Part shown: in pieces, positions 51,366 to 60,098 of the stretch
Numbering within the stretch: the first letter of the stretch is position 1
Layout of the letters: every line of letters starts with the position of its first letter
Sequence record: PX915677.1
DNA: 64,000 nucleotides
Strand: one strand, 5' to 3'
Source of the DNA: a phage
Notes under the pieces: model-generated
Seen by the model: the letters and a program-made list of their open reading frames with translations, nothing else
Database searches by the model: none
Told to the model about the DNA's origin: nothing
Program-made: the position numbers and the translations under genes

Positions 51366-51547
51366 TTACGCTCTCCAATTTCTTCGTAATGACACTCAGT
51401 AGTTAAGCAGTCTTTACAGATTGCTGTATAAACCCTGACGTTAGTAAATCGTTTGTTCTTCCCTTTGGTTGGAGAGCCTTTGGCAAGCTCTCTGATAACC
51501 TTGTTACTTAAGTGAAGGTTTGTTCCTTCACATTTAGAGCACTTCAT
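51362..51547 (-). CDS. Small zinc-ribbon protein
   Basis: CSKCEG ... CKDC pairs. Confidence 0.5.
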   Translation of the reverse strand: MKCSKCEGTNLHLSNKVIRELAKGSPTKGKNKRFTNVRVYTAICKDCLTTECHYEEIGERK

Positions 51548-51863
51548 GGTTCATATCTTTATGAATCCTGTAAACAGCTGTCGCCATACAAGCAACAGCC
51601 TCGTTGTGTGGGAGGTGCATCCCTGTAGAACCATCCCAATCTTTGAACTCATTGTCAAAGACTCCGGTAGGCTCTGGATATAGAGCTTGCAGCTCCACTA
51701 GATCATTAGCAACTTGTTGCCATTTATCATCAGACCAGATAGGGTCATCCAACCAGTAATACAAATAGGAATGGATGATCAATTGCCTTCTATGCCGATT
51801 TATTACTTCAGCGGGACTTATCTCACTTCCATTTGAAGTCCTAAATGTATTACTGTCAATCAT
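51534..51863 (-). CDS. Hypothetical protein with segment resembling NAD-dependent ligase domain Ia
   Basis: HSYLYYWLDDPIWSDDKWQQVANDLVEL compared by eye with LigA N-terminus [28 protein letters not shown]. Confidence 0.45.
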   Translation of the reverse strand: MIDSNTFRTSNGSEISPAEVINRHRRQLIIHSYLYYWLDDPIWSDDKWQQVANDLVELQALYPEPTGVFDNEFKDWDGSTGMHLPHNEAVACMATAVYRIHKDMNHEVL

Positions 51864-52114
51864 TTTACAACCTTAAATTTGAATGTTGTTGGGTGGTAAT
51901 AGTGCAATCTATTGATAGTGTGCTTTGTTTCAAGGTATATCCTGCAAGAGTGGCACATGACATGGGTCAGACCAGTTACAGGGTTAGGTTTGAAGTTGGC
52001 GACAGGCTTCTCTTTCTTACAGAAGCTACAGACTTTCTTTTCCATCTTTTCTCCAGTGGTCAACGAATTGCTGAAACACTTTATGGTCGAATGTGAAACC
52101 GCGAGCAATCCCAC
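51860..52114 (-). CDS. Small zinc-finger protein (true start probably internal)
   Basis: CSFC...CHSC pairs; ORF-track start overlaps neighbouring gene. Confidence 0.45.
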   Translation of the reverse strand: MGLLAVSHSTIKCFSNSLTTGEKMEKKVCSFCKKEKPVANFKPNPVTGLTHVMCHSCRIYLETKHTINRLHYYHPTTFKFKVVK

Positions 52115-52259
52115 ATTCTACGAAAGTAGAAGGCATATAGTCTACATCATCTTTAGATGTATGACCATAAACTTGAATAAGCTTTTTAATCTTATCCTTC
52201 TCTCTTCGAGGAAGCATCCTAAATGCCTCCTGAATATCTGTAATATGTTTGATTTTCAT
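52026..52259 (-). CDS. Hypothetical small protein
   Basis: ORF track; AGGAA RBS. Confidence 0.5.
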   Translation of the reverse strand: MKIKHITDIQEAFRMLPRREKDKIKKLIQVYGHTSKDDVDYMPSTFVECGIARGFTFDHKVFQQFVDHWRKDGKESL

Positions 52260-52271
52260 CAGAAATTCCTG

Positions 52272-52406
52272 CTAATCCTCTGGATTATGAGAACAGCAAT
52301 ACTCACATACCCCGCAACATGGACAAATTTCTACACTTGGGTCATATGCATCATCCACTGTCATTCCGCACTTGGTACAGAACACGTCGTCATCTTCTTC
52401 CAACAT
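52272..52406 (-). CDS. Cys-rich mini-protein (44 aa), below ORF-track cutoff
   Basis: TAATG stop-start coupling with upstream gene; MLEEDDDVFCTKCGMTVDDAYDPSVEICPCCGVCEYCCSHNPED. Confidence 0.4.
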   Translation of the reverse strand: MLEEDDDVFCTKCGMTVDDAYDPSVEICPCCGVCEYCCSHNPED

Positions 52407-52654
52407 TAATTCTCCAAACAAGAATCATTCATCAGTAGCTCCAAACTATCAAGTGTGTAGTAATAACCAAAGAATGGGGCTGTTGACTTGGAAACCTTTT
52501 TATCAAAAAGAGATTGAGAAAGATTTATTTCTACTCCAGCATCTTCAAGCTGTTGTTTTGTAGGGTAGTCAGTGAAAGAGCAAAGTACTTCTCTGTCCTC
52601 CCCTCTGTCCGTTTCTTCGACACGACTCAGAATCCAAATACTTTTACTAGCCAT
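52406..52654 (-). CDS. Hypothetical small protein (start moved to MASKSIW)
   Basis: GGAGAG RBS; sits 2 nt after ThyX stop. Confidence 0.45.
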   Translation of the reverse strand: MASKSIWILSRVEETDRGEDREVLCSFTDYPTKQQLEDAGVEINLSQSLFDKKVSKSTAPFFGYYYTLDSLELLMNDSCLEN

Positions 52655-52656
52655 TT

Positions 52657-53313
52657 TTAACTCTCCACAGTTTTCTTCAGAGCTGCCCATGAGATTGGGT
52701 AGAGTTTAGCCATCTCTTCATCCAGAGATTTAGCAAACACTCGAACTTCATATTGAGCGTGAGATGAGAGTCGCTGACGACACAACTCAAACCAGCCATA
52801 CAAAGAACCAGTCCACACCCACTCAGTGATCATCCCCTGAGGAAGAACAAATCGAGCTTGCTCTGGTGCAATAAATTCAATCAACTTGTCATATGCTGCT
52901 AGAGAAGCTTCATATGCATCGTTAATCAGCATTAATGCTTCAGCTCGCTCTCCGTTGATGAGTTGAATCCCTGAACCTGCATGGAGGTCCGAAGGTCTCG
53001 CAAAAATCTCTTTAGGGATGAAGACTTCAACTGCTCCATCTTTATACCGCCGGGACATTTCGTTCCACGAGAATCCAACCTGATGCTTCTGTAGTTGACG
53101 AGCGATTGCAATTGGAGCCTTACAACGAAAGGACACTTGTGGGTGACGGAACGGAGTGCAGTGTTTCTCTCTAGCCAAGAAGTTAATCAGCCTAGTATCA
53201 CGATCATTCAAATCACCCTCTCGTACAACACCAAAAGAAACTCTTGCAGCATTAACAACAGTTTTATCACTGCCCATAGCTTCAATCAATGTTGCTTGCA
53301 ATTGTTCATTCAT
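52657..53313 (-). CDS. thyX: ThyX-like (flavin-dependent thymidylate synthase family) protein with altered signature motif
   Basis: VNAARVSFG, TPFRHPQVSF, KAPIAIARQL, SHAQYEV blocks align with ThyX; signature position reads KHQ-x8-S where ThyX has RHR-x7-S. Confidence 0.65.
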   Translation of the reverse strand: MNEQLQATLIEAMGSDKTVVNAARVSFGVVREGDLNDRDTRLINFLAREKHCTPFRHPQVSFRCKAPIAIARQLQKHQVGFSWNEMSRRYKDGAVEVFIPKEIFARPSDLHAGSGIQLINGERAEALMLINDAYEASLAAYDKLIEFIAPEQARFVLPQGMITEWVWTGSLYGWFELCRQRLSSHAQYEVRVFAKSLDEEMAKLYPISWAALKKTVES

Positions 53314-53785
53314 ACTTCAACTTCTCCTTGTTATAAGCAATCTCTGCTTCCTCTGGAGTATGGAAAGTTCCTAAATGCTTAGTCTTTCCGTTAACTCCGA
53401 TTATAGCTCTGAATTTTGTACCACTAGCCGTCTCTCTGATGTAAACACCCATTGGAAGTTTTCCAGCTTTTCCGGCTCTATTGTATTGTTTTCTGTTATG
53501 ACAGTTTGTAGATGGGTCAACATCTCTTAGGTTTTTAAGAGAGTCATCCAGTTTAATCTGGTTGATGTGATCAATCTCAAACTCAGGCATCTTTCCATAA
53601 GAGAAAAACCAAGCTAATCGACATGCTCTGTAAGATTTCCCTTCATAATAGATGTACCTGTAACCTAATGTTGAGACACACCCAGCAATGTTCCCTGATA
53701 CTCTCCTACCTTTGGTATTCTTCCACCTAAAGATTCCAGTATCAGGGTCATATGCTAAGTCTTCTTTTATCTTATCAGTTAACAC
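53306..53785 (-). CDS. HNH homing endonuclease with AP2-type domain
   Basis: FEIDHINQIKLDDSLKNLRDVDPSTNCHN plus AP2-like C-terminus. Confidence 0.7.
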   Translation of the reverse strand: MLTDKIKEDLAYDPDTGIFRWKNTKGRRVSGNIAGCVSTLGYRYIYYEGKSYRACRLAWFFSYGKMPEFEIDHINQIKLDDSLKNLRDVDPSTNCHNRKQYNRAGKAGKLPMGVYIRETASGTKFRAIIGVNGKTKHLGTFHTPEEAEIAYNKEKLKYE

Positions 53786-54050
53786 CTAAAGCTGTATCCA
53801 AAAATGCTTTCAGGTTTGCTTCAGTCTGCATACCAGAGAGGCTGTAATGTGTTCCACTGTTACGGTCAGGTACAACAAAAGCAGGGATGCTTCGTACACC
53901 ATACTTAACAGCTTGTTCACGACCATCACCTTCAAGGATGTTAATCTCTTCCACTTCTACATCAAACTCCTTAACAACCTTCTCAAAGGTAGGAGCCATT
54001 GCTTTACATGGAGCACACTGATCACTATAAAACTTAATTACTTTAGGCAT
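53775..54050 (-). CDS. Thioredoxin-fold protein (CxxC = CAPC)
   Basis: KFYSDQCAPCKAMAP near N-terminus, about 90 aa. Confidence 0.65.
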   Translation of the reverse strand: MPKVIKFYSDQCAPCKAMAPTFEKVVKEFDVEVEEINILEGDGREQAVKYGVRSIPAFVVPDRNSGTHYSLSGMQTEANLKAFLDTALGVN

Positions 54051-54058
54051 GTAAATCC

Positions 54059-54238
54059 TTATGCAGTCAGGAGGTGAAGCAGGAATGGGATAACAACAGC
54101 TACGATAACCATGATAGTTGATGCTGTTTGAATCTCACCTTTCTTATCAGGAGTTTCTTCAATAAGCTTACCAGAAGCCCAATAAATACCACCACCAATA
54201 AAGATAGCCCAAATACCCCATACGATTGCTGATAACAT
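54059..54238 (-). CDS. Small two-TM membrane protein (59 aa), below ORF-track cutoff
   Basis: AAGGA RBS; MLSAIVWGIWAIFIGGGIYWASGKLIEETPDKKGEIQTASTIMVIVAVVIPFLLHLLTA. Confidence 0.35.
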   Translation of the reverse strand: MLSAIVWGIWAIFIGGGIYWASGKLIEETPDKKGEIQTASTIMVIVAVVIPFLLHLLTA

Positions 54239-54298
54239 ATATCTATATCCTTATAAATAAGTTCGCCCCACCTCGGGTTAGGAGACAGGGCGGAGGTT

Positions 54299-54862
54299 TT
54301 AGTAAGACACGTCACCACTTGAATGGGACATGTTGCTCTTGACGAAGTAGCAATACTTGCCAAGACCTTCATTAATTTCTTGAAGCATACTCTGATCGAC
54401 AGGGTAAGTGGCTAAATCGCCATCAAACTCATCCATCTTCTCAATAATACACATCAAGGTCATGCACATATCAGAGAGCATACCGTCCATGTCTAGATCA
54501 GCATTACCCTCTGAGAACCAAGCGTGGGATAGGTAGTTAGCTGCTGTAGCATCCACTTTAACACAGTGGTATCGCATACGTTCAGCAATACGATCTCCTA
54601 CTTGTCGTGCGTAATCTTCCAGCTCATCAAACATACCATGAACACCCTGAAATCCTGCACCAGAAACGTTCCAGTGGTAGTTCTTAGCTTTGATATGCAA
54701 GAGTTCCATGTTAGCTTGTAAGCAGCTCAGGATGTGTTCTAGGCTGTTTGCACTAATCATGCCTTGCATTGTTTCAAGGCGAGAGATTGAAAGCTCAGAC
54801 CGGTCTAACATACTATAACTGTCACGACCAATCTCAGGTAAATCAAAGACATTCTTATGCAT
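54299..54862 (-). CDS. Dps/ferritin-like protein (start moved to Met with GGAGAA RBS)
   Basis: NYHWNVSGAGFQGVHGMFDE matches Dps ferroxidase-site region (E. coli Dps AHWNMRGANFIAVHEMLDG, from memory). Confidence 0.55.
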   Translation of the reverse strand: MHKNVFDLPEIGRDSYSMLDRSELSISRLETMQGMISANSLEHILSCLQANMELLHIKAKNYHWNVSGAGFQGVHGMFDELEDYARQVGDRIAERMRYHCVKVDATAANYLSHAWFSEGNADLDMDGMLSDMCMTLMCIIEKMDEFDGDLATYPVDQSMLQEINEGLGKYCYFVKSNMSHSSGDVSY

Positions 54863-55184
54863 TTGGGTTTTCTCCATCAAGTTCAACTGAGTTAGCAACA
54901 TTACGTGCAATATTATCCATTACCTGCTGGGTAATTACGATGCAGTTCTGTGGGTCTACTGACTTAGAACGCCCCATTTCAGGGTCATACACCTTAACTC
55001 GCTTAGCAGTTGAACCTGTGACCTGAAGAACCTTCAACAGATATCCCTGATTACCAATAGACCAAGCAACAACATCACGATTCTTGATAAAGCGACCAAG
55101 CATATCACGATGATAAAACTGTTGCATCACCTTGGATTTTGTAATCTCTTCAGTGGGCGGGGCCACTTTACTCAAATCTAACAT
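54855..55184 (-). CDS. Hypothetical protein (109 aa)
   Basis: ORF track; AAATGTATA variant motif about 45 nt upstream. Confidence 0.5.
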   Translation of the reverse strand: MLDLSKVAPPTEEITKSKVMQQFYHRDMLGRFIKNRDVVAWSIGNQGYLLKVLQVTGSTAKRVKVYDPEMGRSKSVDPQNCIVITQQVMDNIARNVANSVELDGENPNA

Positions 55185-55256
55185 AACTCTCTCCTGTAAA
55201 ATACAAATTCTTATTGTACTCTATATACATTTGAGAGTTATCATATCTACTACCAA

Positions 55257-55466
55257 TCAGTAGTAAATTACTTTAGACATAAAAGAACCAGTGTTAGGGT
55301 CTTCATACCAGCGATGTATGTCAGCGCTTTTTACTATTGTGCCCAGAGTCTTCAACTGTTTCTTAGCAATACGAGCCTCTTTGCGAGTGTCAAACAATTT
55401 GATGTTATCTTTTCTCATGTGTTGCTCAAGATTCCAAACAACATGAATAGCCCACATCTTTTTCAT
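55257..55466 (-). CDS. Small protein, member 3 of tandem triplicated family
   Basis: Shared TRxxARxxKK core and C-terminal SKV(I/Y)Y. Confidence 0.55.
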   Translation of the reverse strand: MKKMWAIHVVWNLEQHMRKDNIKLFDTRKEARIAKKQLKTLGTIVKSADIHRWYEDPNTGSFMSKVIYY

Positions 55467-55675
55467 TAGTAATGTACCTTTCCGCTAATATAAACACGAC
55501 CAGAGGAATACTCTCTGGCCTTATGAATACTGATGCTCTTGATCATATCCATATTAAACATAGATTTTTTAAAATCTCGAGCTTGTTGGCGAGTGGGTAG
55601 TGCAGTCATAGTCATGCCACCTGATGCCCACTTAATCTTTGCTAACCAAAATTGTCTCATGGTGATTGGTCTCAT
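55466..55675 (-). CDS. Small protein, member 2 of tandem triplicated family
   Basis: Shared core, C-terminal GKVHY. Confidence 0.55.
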   Translation of the reverse strand: MRPITMRQFWLAKIKWASGGMTMTALPTRQQARDFKKSMFNMDMIKSISIHKAREYSSGRVYISGKVHY

Positions 55676-55872
55676 TAATAATAAACCTTACTGTTAACAC
55701 AAAAAGCACCTTCACTATTCACGATAGCTTTTCCTAGTGTAACCTTATTAAGTCTAAAAGTAGATTTGTATTGATTTTTGACCCTACGTGCGTGCTCTCG
55801 AGTCTTAACAAAATCTACAGCTACTAACTCTCCAGTCGTGTTGTCATGTACACGAACAATCCACTTTTTCAT
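55675..55872 (-). CDS. Small protein, member 1 of tandem triplicated family
   Basis: Shared core, C-terminal SKVYY; translationally coupled to dcd. Confidence 0.55.
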   Translation of the reverse strand: MKKWIVRVHDNTTGELVAVDFVKTREHARRVKNQYKSTFRLNKVTLGKAIVNSEGAFCVNSKVYY

Positions 55873-56406
55873 TTACACACCTTTAGATGCAACCACACCT
55901 TCAGAGTTATTATAACGACCCTTCACTGCGTAGGAATGTTCCCCTGCATGAGAGTGCTCAAACATAACCATTTGACCAACACGCATACCAGCACGAACTC
56001 GTAAGCTGTGGTGCTTGGTTACGTTATGGAATTCAAATGTCAGCTTACTGCTATTAAATCCTGCATCTGCCCAACCGGCGTGAAGGTGGTTCAAACCACA
56101 ACGAGCCATAGACGAACGCAAAACAAACAGGCTTGAGATGTTATCTGGAAGGTTAAACTCCTCCATAGAGTGAGCCAAGAAGAACTGACCCGGAGTGATA
56201 ACCAAACCCTCTTCAGGAATCTTTACTTCCTTCCACTGAAGATTCTCTTTCGCATCAATATCAACGATGCCATCAGCCTGTTCTTCAACAAGGATAGTAT
56301 CACCAATACGGATATCCACACTAGCAGCGTTAACATATTTATGCTCCGCATCCAGATAACCATTGTCAATTACATCGTGCAGTTCAATACTTCCTAGTAA
56401 ACCCAT
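55873..56406 (-). CDS. dcd: dCTP deaminase family protein
   Basis: NAASVDIRIG and GWADAGFNSSKLTFEFHN match Dcd-family motifs. Confidence 0.75.
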   Translation of the reverse strand: MGLLGSIELHDVIDNGYLDAEHKYVNAASVDIRIGDTILVEEQADGIVDIDAKENLQWKEVKIPEEGLVITPGQFFLAHSMEEFNLPDNISSLFVLRSSMARCGLNHLHAGWADAGFNSSKLTFEFHNVTKHHSLRVRAGMRVGQMVMFEHSHAGEHSYAVKGRYNNSEGVVASKGV

Positions 56407-56415
56407 TCTTATTCC

Positions 56416-57729
56416 TTAGTTATTTTCGTCTATTTCAAAAGAGATTCCACGACCCGCTTCATCGGCAAACCGAACTGTACGGGTTTGAGGCTGCAACACT
56501 TCAGGGTTGTTGGCAACAAATTGATCAGCGAGACTATCTCCCAAATCCTGTTCCATATCTTCATCAGTCCACACAGCCCTAACAGGTGCGTTGATATCAC
56601 CAACAGCGAAACCCTGACCAGAGAACTGACGTGCGCTAACAGTTAAGCCGTTTGGTCGACCACGAGAGGGTCTAGCCATCCATCGCTCCATAGAATCACT
56701 TGTAATACCAAGAGCTTCTTCAAAAGATGTTCTACGAGTAGGGCTTTCTCTTCGTGACTCTTGTGCTCGACGCATTGCAGGGGCTACAAACACCCCTTCA
56801 ATTGCATTGTGTCGGTTAGGTTCCTCTTCTCGACCAAGCAGATCACCACCCGTGTTAGTCGTTAAATTTGTCAACCCCTCAGACCAATACGCATGAATCT
56901 GACCAGAACCGTGAAGACTAGACATAATCTGAATCTCTTCATAAGGGATTCCAAAGAATCGACTCATGTCTCGGTTAACACAATATAGAGCACTTGTTGT
57001 ATCTTCAATAAGAGAAACCTGACCTAATCCATTGACTAGATGACTAACTGGCTGAGGTGTGGGAAGATATCGAGTTTGGGCCATGTATTGATGCGCAACT
57101 GCTGGAGAGGAAAATCTCAACACTTGTGAGTTAGGCCACTTCTTGTGAACATACCTGATTTCACGACTAGAAACAACCACTGGACAAGGGGAAGTCATAG
57201 CCAAATATCCGTGAGAAGTCATGAATAAGTTGTCAAGAGTCATCGCACCACGGCACATCATAGGAAAATTATCCAATACCTCTTCAATAGAAGTAGGATA
57301 ATTAAACATGAATTGGATACGAACCCCATTCCACTGAAACTCAATAATATCAGTGAATGTTAATTGAGAACCCCCAGCATAGGATTCGTTTGTAGCTTCA
57401 GCAAGAAGTGATGCATATTCAATATCTTGTGACTCTAGCCATTCCTTCACATTACTTTCAATCTCCCGTCCAAGCTCTTGCCAACGATCAGTTGGGATGA
57501 AAGTGTTTTGAGTTCTTGGTGTTTGTCCTCTGACAATAAAGATATCAATGTCATGTGGAGCTATGTTATTAAGGACAGCATCACGAACAGCCCCACCAGT
57601 AATGATGGGACAGATACCATCTGGAATCAAGTTGTTGTTAATCAACTGTTCAATGAAGTGACGACCAACAGTGATATCAGGTTGTTGAGCAACCTTATCT
57701 TCAATTTGGTTAATCGGGATAACAATCAT
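56416..57729 (-). CDS. Pol-beta superfamily nucleotidyltransferase with CCA-enzyme/poly(A)-polymerase-like head motif
   Basis: ITGGAVRDAVLNNIAPHDIDIF (GGxVRD ... DxD); remainder lacks recognisable CCA-enzyme neck/body motifs; Arg-rich C-terminal region; start moved to ATG 57729. Confidence 0.6.
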   Translation of the reverse strand: MIVIPINQIEDKVAQQPDITVGRHFIEQLINNNLIPDGICPIITGGAVRDAVLNNIAPHDIDIFIVRGQTPRTQNTFIPTDRWQELGREIESNVKEWLESQDIEYASLLAEATNESYAGGSQLTFTDIIEFQWNGVRIQFMFNYPTSIEEVLDNFPMMCRGAMTLDNLFMTSHGYLAMTSPCPVVVSSREIRYVHKKWPNSQVLRFSSPAVAHQYMAQTRYLPTPQPVSHLVNGLGQVSLIEDTTSALYCVNRDMSRFFGIPYEEIQIMSSLHGSGQIHAYWSEGLTNLTTNTGGDLLGREEEPNRHNAIEGVFVAPAMRRAQESRRESPTRRTSFEEALGITSDSMERWMARPSRGRPNGLTVSARQFSGQGFAVGDINAPVRAVWTDEDMEQDLGDSLADQFVANNPEVLQPQTRTVRFADEAGRGISFEIDENN

Positions 57730-57730
57730 T

Positions 57731-58288
57731 TTACATTTTCCAATATAATGAAGGTGGGTCGTAAGGGTCAAATCCCGTGAGTTCACACAAGAAAAGATAA
57801 ACCTTAACAGTCAAGTTAACGTCCTGTTCACAATAAGTAAACATATCTTCAGTGAAAGCATCCCATGCTTCCTCTTGCTCACCGTAGTCACCTTTAAGTT
57901 CCTCTAAGAACTCACCCCATTGCTTCAAGCCGTGACCTCTTGGGCCACGTCTAGGGTCGCCTTTCGGATACTCAGGACTGTCGCCAATACGGTCAGGTTT
58001 AAGATATCGACTAAGACATAAAGTGTCAAAGACGTTAAAATTATATTTAATCAAAGAGGGATACATCTTCTTCAGAGCAGGTAAGTCGAAGTCAATAATA
58101 TTATGACCCACTAGTACATCTGCTTCTGTCAGTTTACGAATCCCGTCTTCAATTTGGTGAGGCCGATAGCCCCACCTTTCACCAGTTTCAACATCGAAGA
58201 TATAAATACACCATACTTTAGTTATGTCATCGTACAGTGCATTACTCTCGATATCGAATGCAAACACTTTCTTCTTTTTCTTTACCAC
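57731..58288 (-). CDS. Stand-alone DEDD (DnaQ-like) 3-prime to 5-prime exonuclease
   Basis: Exo I FAFDIESN, Exo [12 protein letters not shown], Exo III YCEQDV. Confidence 0.8.
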   Translation of the reverse strand: MVKKKKKVFAFDIESNALYDDITKVWCIYIFDVETGERWGYRPHQIEDGIRKLTEADVLVGHNIIDFDLPALKKMYPSLIKYNFNVFDTLCLSRYLKPDRIGDSPEYPKGDPRRGPRGHGLKQWGEFLEELKGDYGEQEEAWDAFTEDMFTYCEQDVNLTVKVYLFLCELTGFDPYDPPSLYWKM

Positions 58289-60072
58289 GGTGAAGCTCCA
58301 TCTGCTTGGTTGACGAGAGAAGCTGCATCCTCTCCGTTAGTTAAAACGAATGGATTATCTTCATCAACTTCAAAGTCTTCCCTTTCTACAAGTCTACCGG
58401 TTTCGCTGATATACTTAGTATAACAGACACCTGTCTGACCGTAGTTACGTTCTTTCAGTAATCGAATGACTGAGAGGTTCTTAGCTAAGCCGTCAGCTTG
58501 CTTATCACGCTCAAAGCCAATGATACACTGACACCAACGCATAAGAGAACGAGAGCCAGTGAACTGTACTTCACGTACCTGTCCACCTTCTTCATGAGGA
58601 GCACCACCTGCCGGAGCATTAAGGTGAGATAACACGAAAGCGGTAAAGTCTAATTCTTTACACATACCAGCAAGCTCGGAAGCAATCTTACTGATTTCAG
58701 TGTTAATCTCTGAAGGTGTTAAATGAGATACCAGAGCGGTAATGTTATCAAGGATGATGAACTTACACTGGTTTTCAACTACCCAGAAACGGATACACTG
58801 TTTAATGTCTTCCCATTCATTCTGTCCGAAGTTGTCATACAAGAAGAATTTGTCTGCATAACGAAGTGCTTCATTACGCAAATCTTCCTCGTCATATTCA
58901 ACATCAGGTCGGTGGAAAGGAATTGATGCTGACTTACCAGCAATGTTCTTAACAGACATGCCTACCTTCTCTTCCAAGAAGAAGCCACCTCCATTAAAAC
59001 CATGCTCTAAGCACAGATGAGCAACCAGCTCGTGAGCAATGAGTGTTTTACCACTCCCTACTCCACCACCAATTGCTACCACCTCTCCCCATCGAATACC
59101 GAAGGTCATCTCATTCAGAGTCTTCCACGGATACGGGATACCCCACTCCGCTTTCTTCAGAGCATCATCAAGACAATCAAAGATTGTTACAGCACCAGCA
59201 GGAGATTCCCGCTTTGCTGAATACTTGAGAATGTTGAATAACTCTTGACCACGACCAGACAGAAGCATGTCATTCGCATCCTTAATCTCTTTCTCCACAC
59301 CGTTGTATGGGAAGGTTCCTTTAGGAATACGAGCAAACTTGACATGAGGGAATAAAGAACGACCTTTTGTTAAAGCTATCTCACCTGCATCATCGTTGTC
59401 CATGCAGAGCACAACCTCCTCAAAACCATTTACGAAGTCTCGGTTACGAGACAACACAGAAGAGATTGAACCTGCACCGAACGGTAAAGAAACACATGCT
59501 GGTTTAATGTTTGTTGCATTTGTAAAAGCTGTAAGGACATGGAAACCTGACATACAGGATAGCGGGTCTTCAAAAATGAAGAGCTTCTTGTTGTACACAT
59601 CTCCACGTTGAGCTTGTGCCATACCAAACAAATCTGCTTCTTTCACACTGCCGACGTAATAGAACTTCTTACTATCTAGCAGCTTAACCTCGTACCCGAC
59701 AATGTTTCCATCACGTTCACGAGGAAAGAAGTAACTGTCTGGTGTCTGACCATCAGTTTGACTCAGACCAATGCGACACTCAAACCGCTCTGATACAGCT
59801 TTAGGGATTAAACGGCGAGTGAGTTCACCCTGAGGAAGCTCTAAGCAATCATCTAAGACTTCTCTCAACTCTTCAGGGGATAACTCTTTCTTCTCGTTTG
59901 GAGTAGGTGTAGTGCCCTTTTCGAACACTTCGTAATTCCCACAACGGTTACAACTTCCCCACTCCTCACCAGTCTCTTCGTTACGGAAGAGAATCATGTG
60001 GTTGTGGGTTTTATCACGACCATGAGAGATACATTCCTTACAACCTGTGTCTCCCAAAATGATCTTTGACAT
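58282..60072 (-). CDS. Primase-helicase (T7 gp4-like)
   Basis: N-terminal Cys4 zinc finger, TOPRIM-like acidic motifs (EDPLS, DNDDAGE), DnaB-type Walker [10 protein letters not shown] and Walker B IILDNI. Confidence 0.85.
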   Translation of the reverse strand: MSKIILGDTGCKECISHGRDKTHNHMILFRNEETGEEWGSCNRCGNYEVFEKGTTPTPNEKKELSPEELREVLDDCLELPQGELTRRLIPKAVSERFECRIGLSQTDGQTPDSYFFPRERDGNIVGYEVKLLDSKKFYYVGSVKEADLFGMAQAQRGDVYNKKLFIFEDPLSCMSGFHVLTAFTNATNIKPACVSLPFGAGSISSVLSRNRDFVNGFEEVVLCMDNDDAGEIALTKGRSLFPHVKFARIPKGTFPYNGVEKEIKDANDMLLSGRGQELFNILKYSAKRESPAGAVTIFDCLDDALKKAEWGIPYPWKTLNEMTFGIRWGEVVAIGGGVGSGKTLIAHELVAHLCLEHGFNGGGFFLEEKVGMSVKNIAGKSASIPFHRPDVEYDEEDLRNEALRYADKFFLYDNFGQNEWEDIKQCIRFWVVENQCKFIILDNITALVSHLTPSEINTEISKIASELAGMCKELDFTAFVLSHLNAPAGGAPHEEGGQVREVQFTGSRSLMRWCQCIIGFERDKQADGLAKNLSVIRLLKERNYGQTGVCYTKYISETGRLVEREDFEVDEDNPFVLTNGEDAASLVNQADGASPW

Positions 60073-60098
60073 GCTCTTCCTCCTTGGAATCCTTGAGC

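Noticed and set aside
54100-54372. 90-aa track ORF overlapping the Dps-like gene end
   Set aside because: Overlaps the Dps-like 3-prime end by 74 nt with no RBS; a different frame in the same region gives a 59-aa two-TM protein with an AAGGA RBS.
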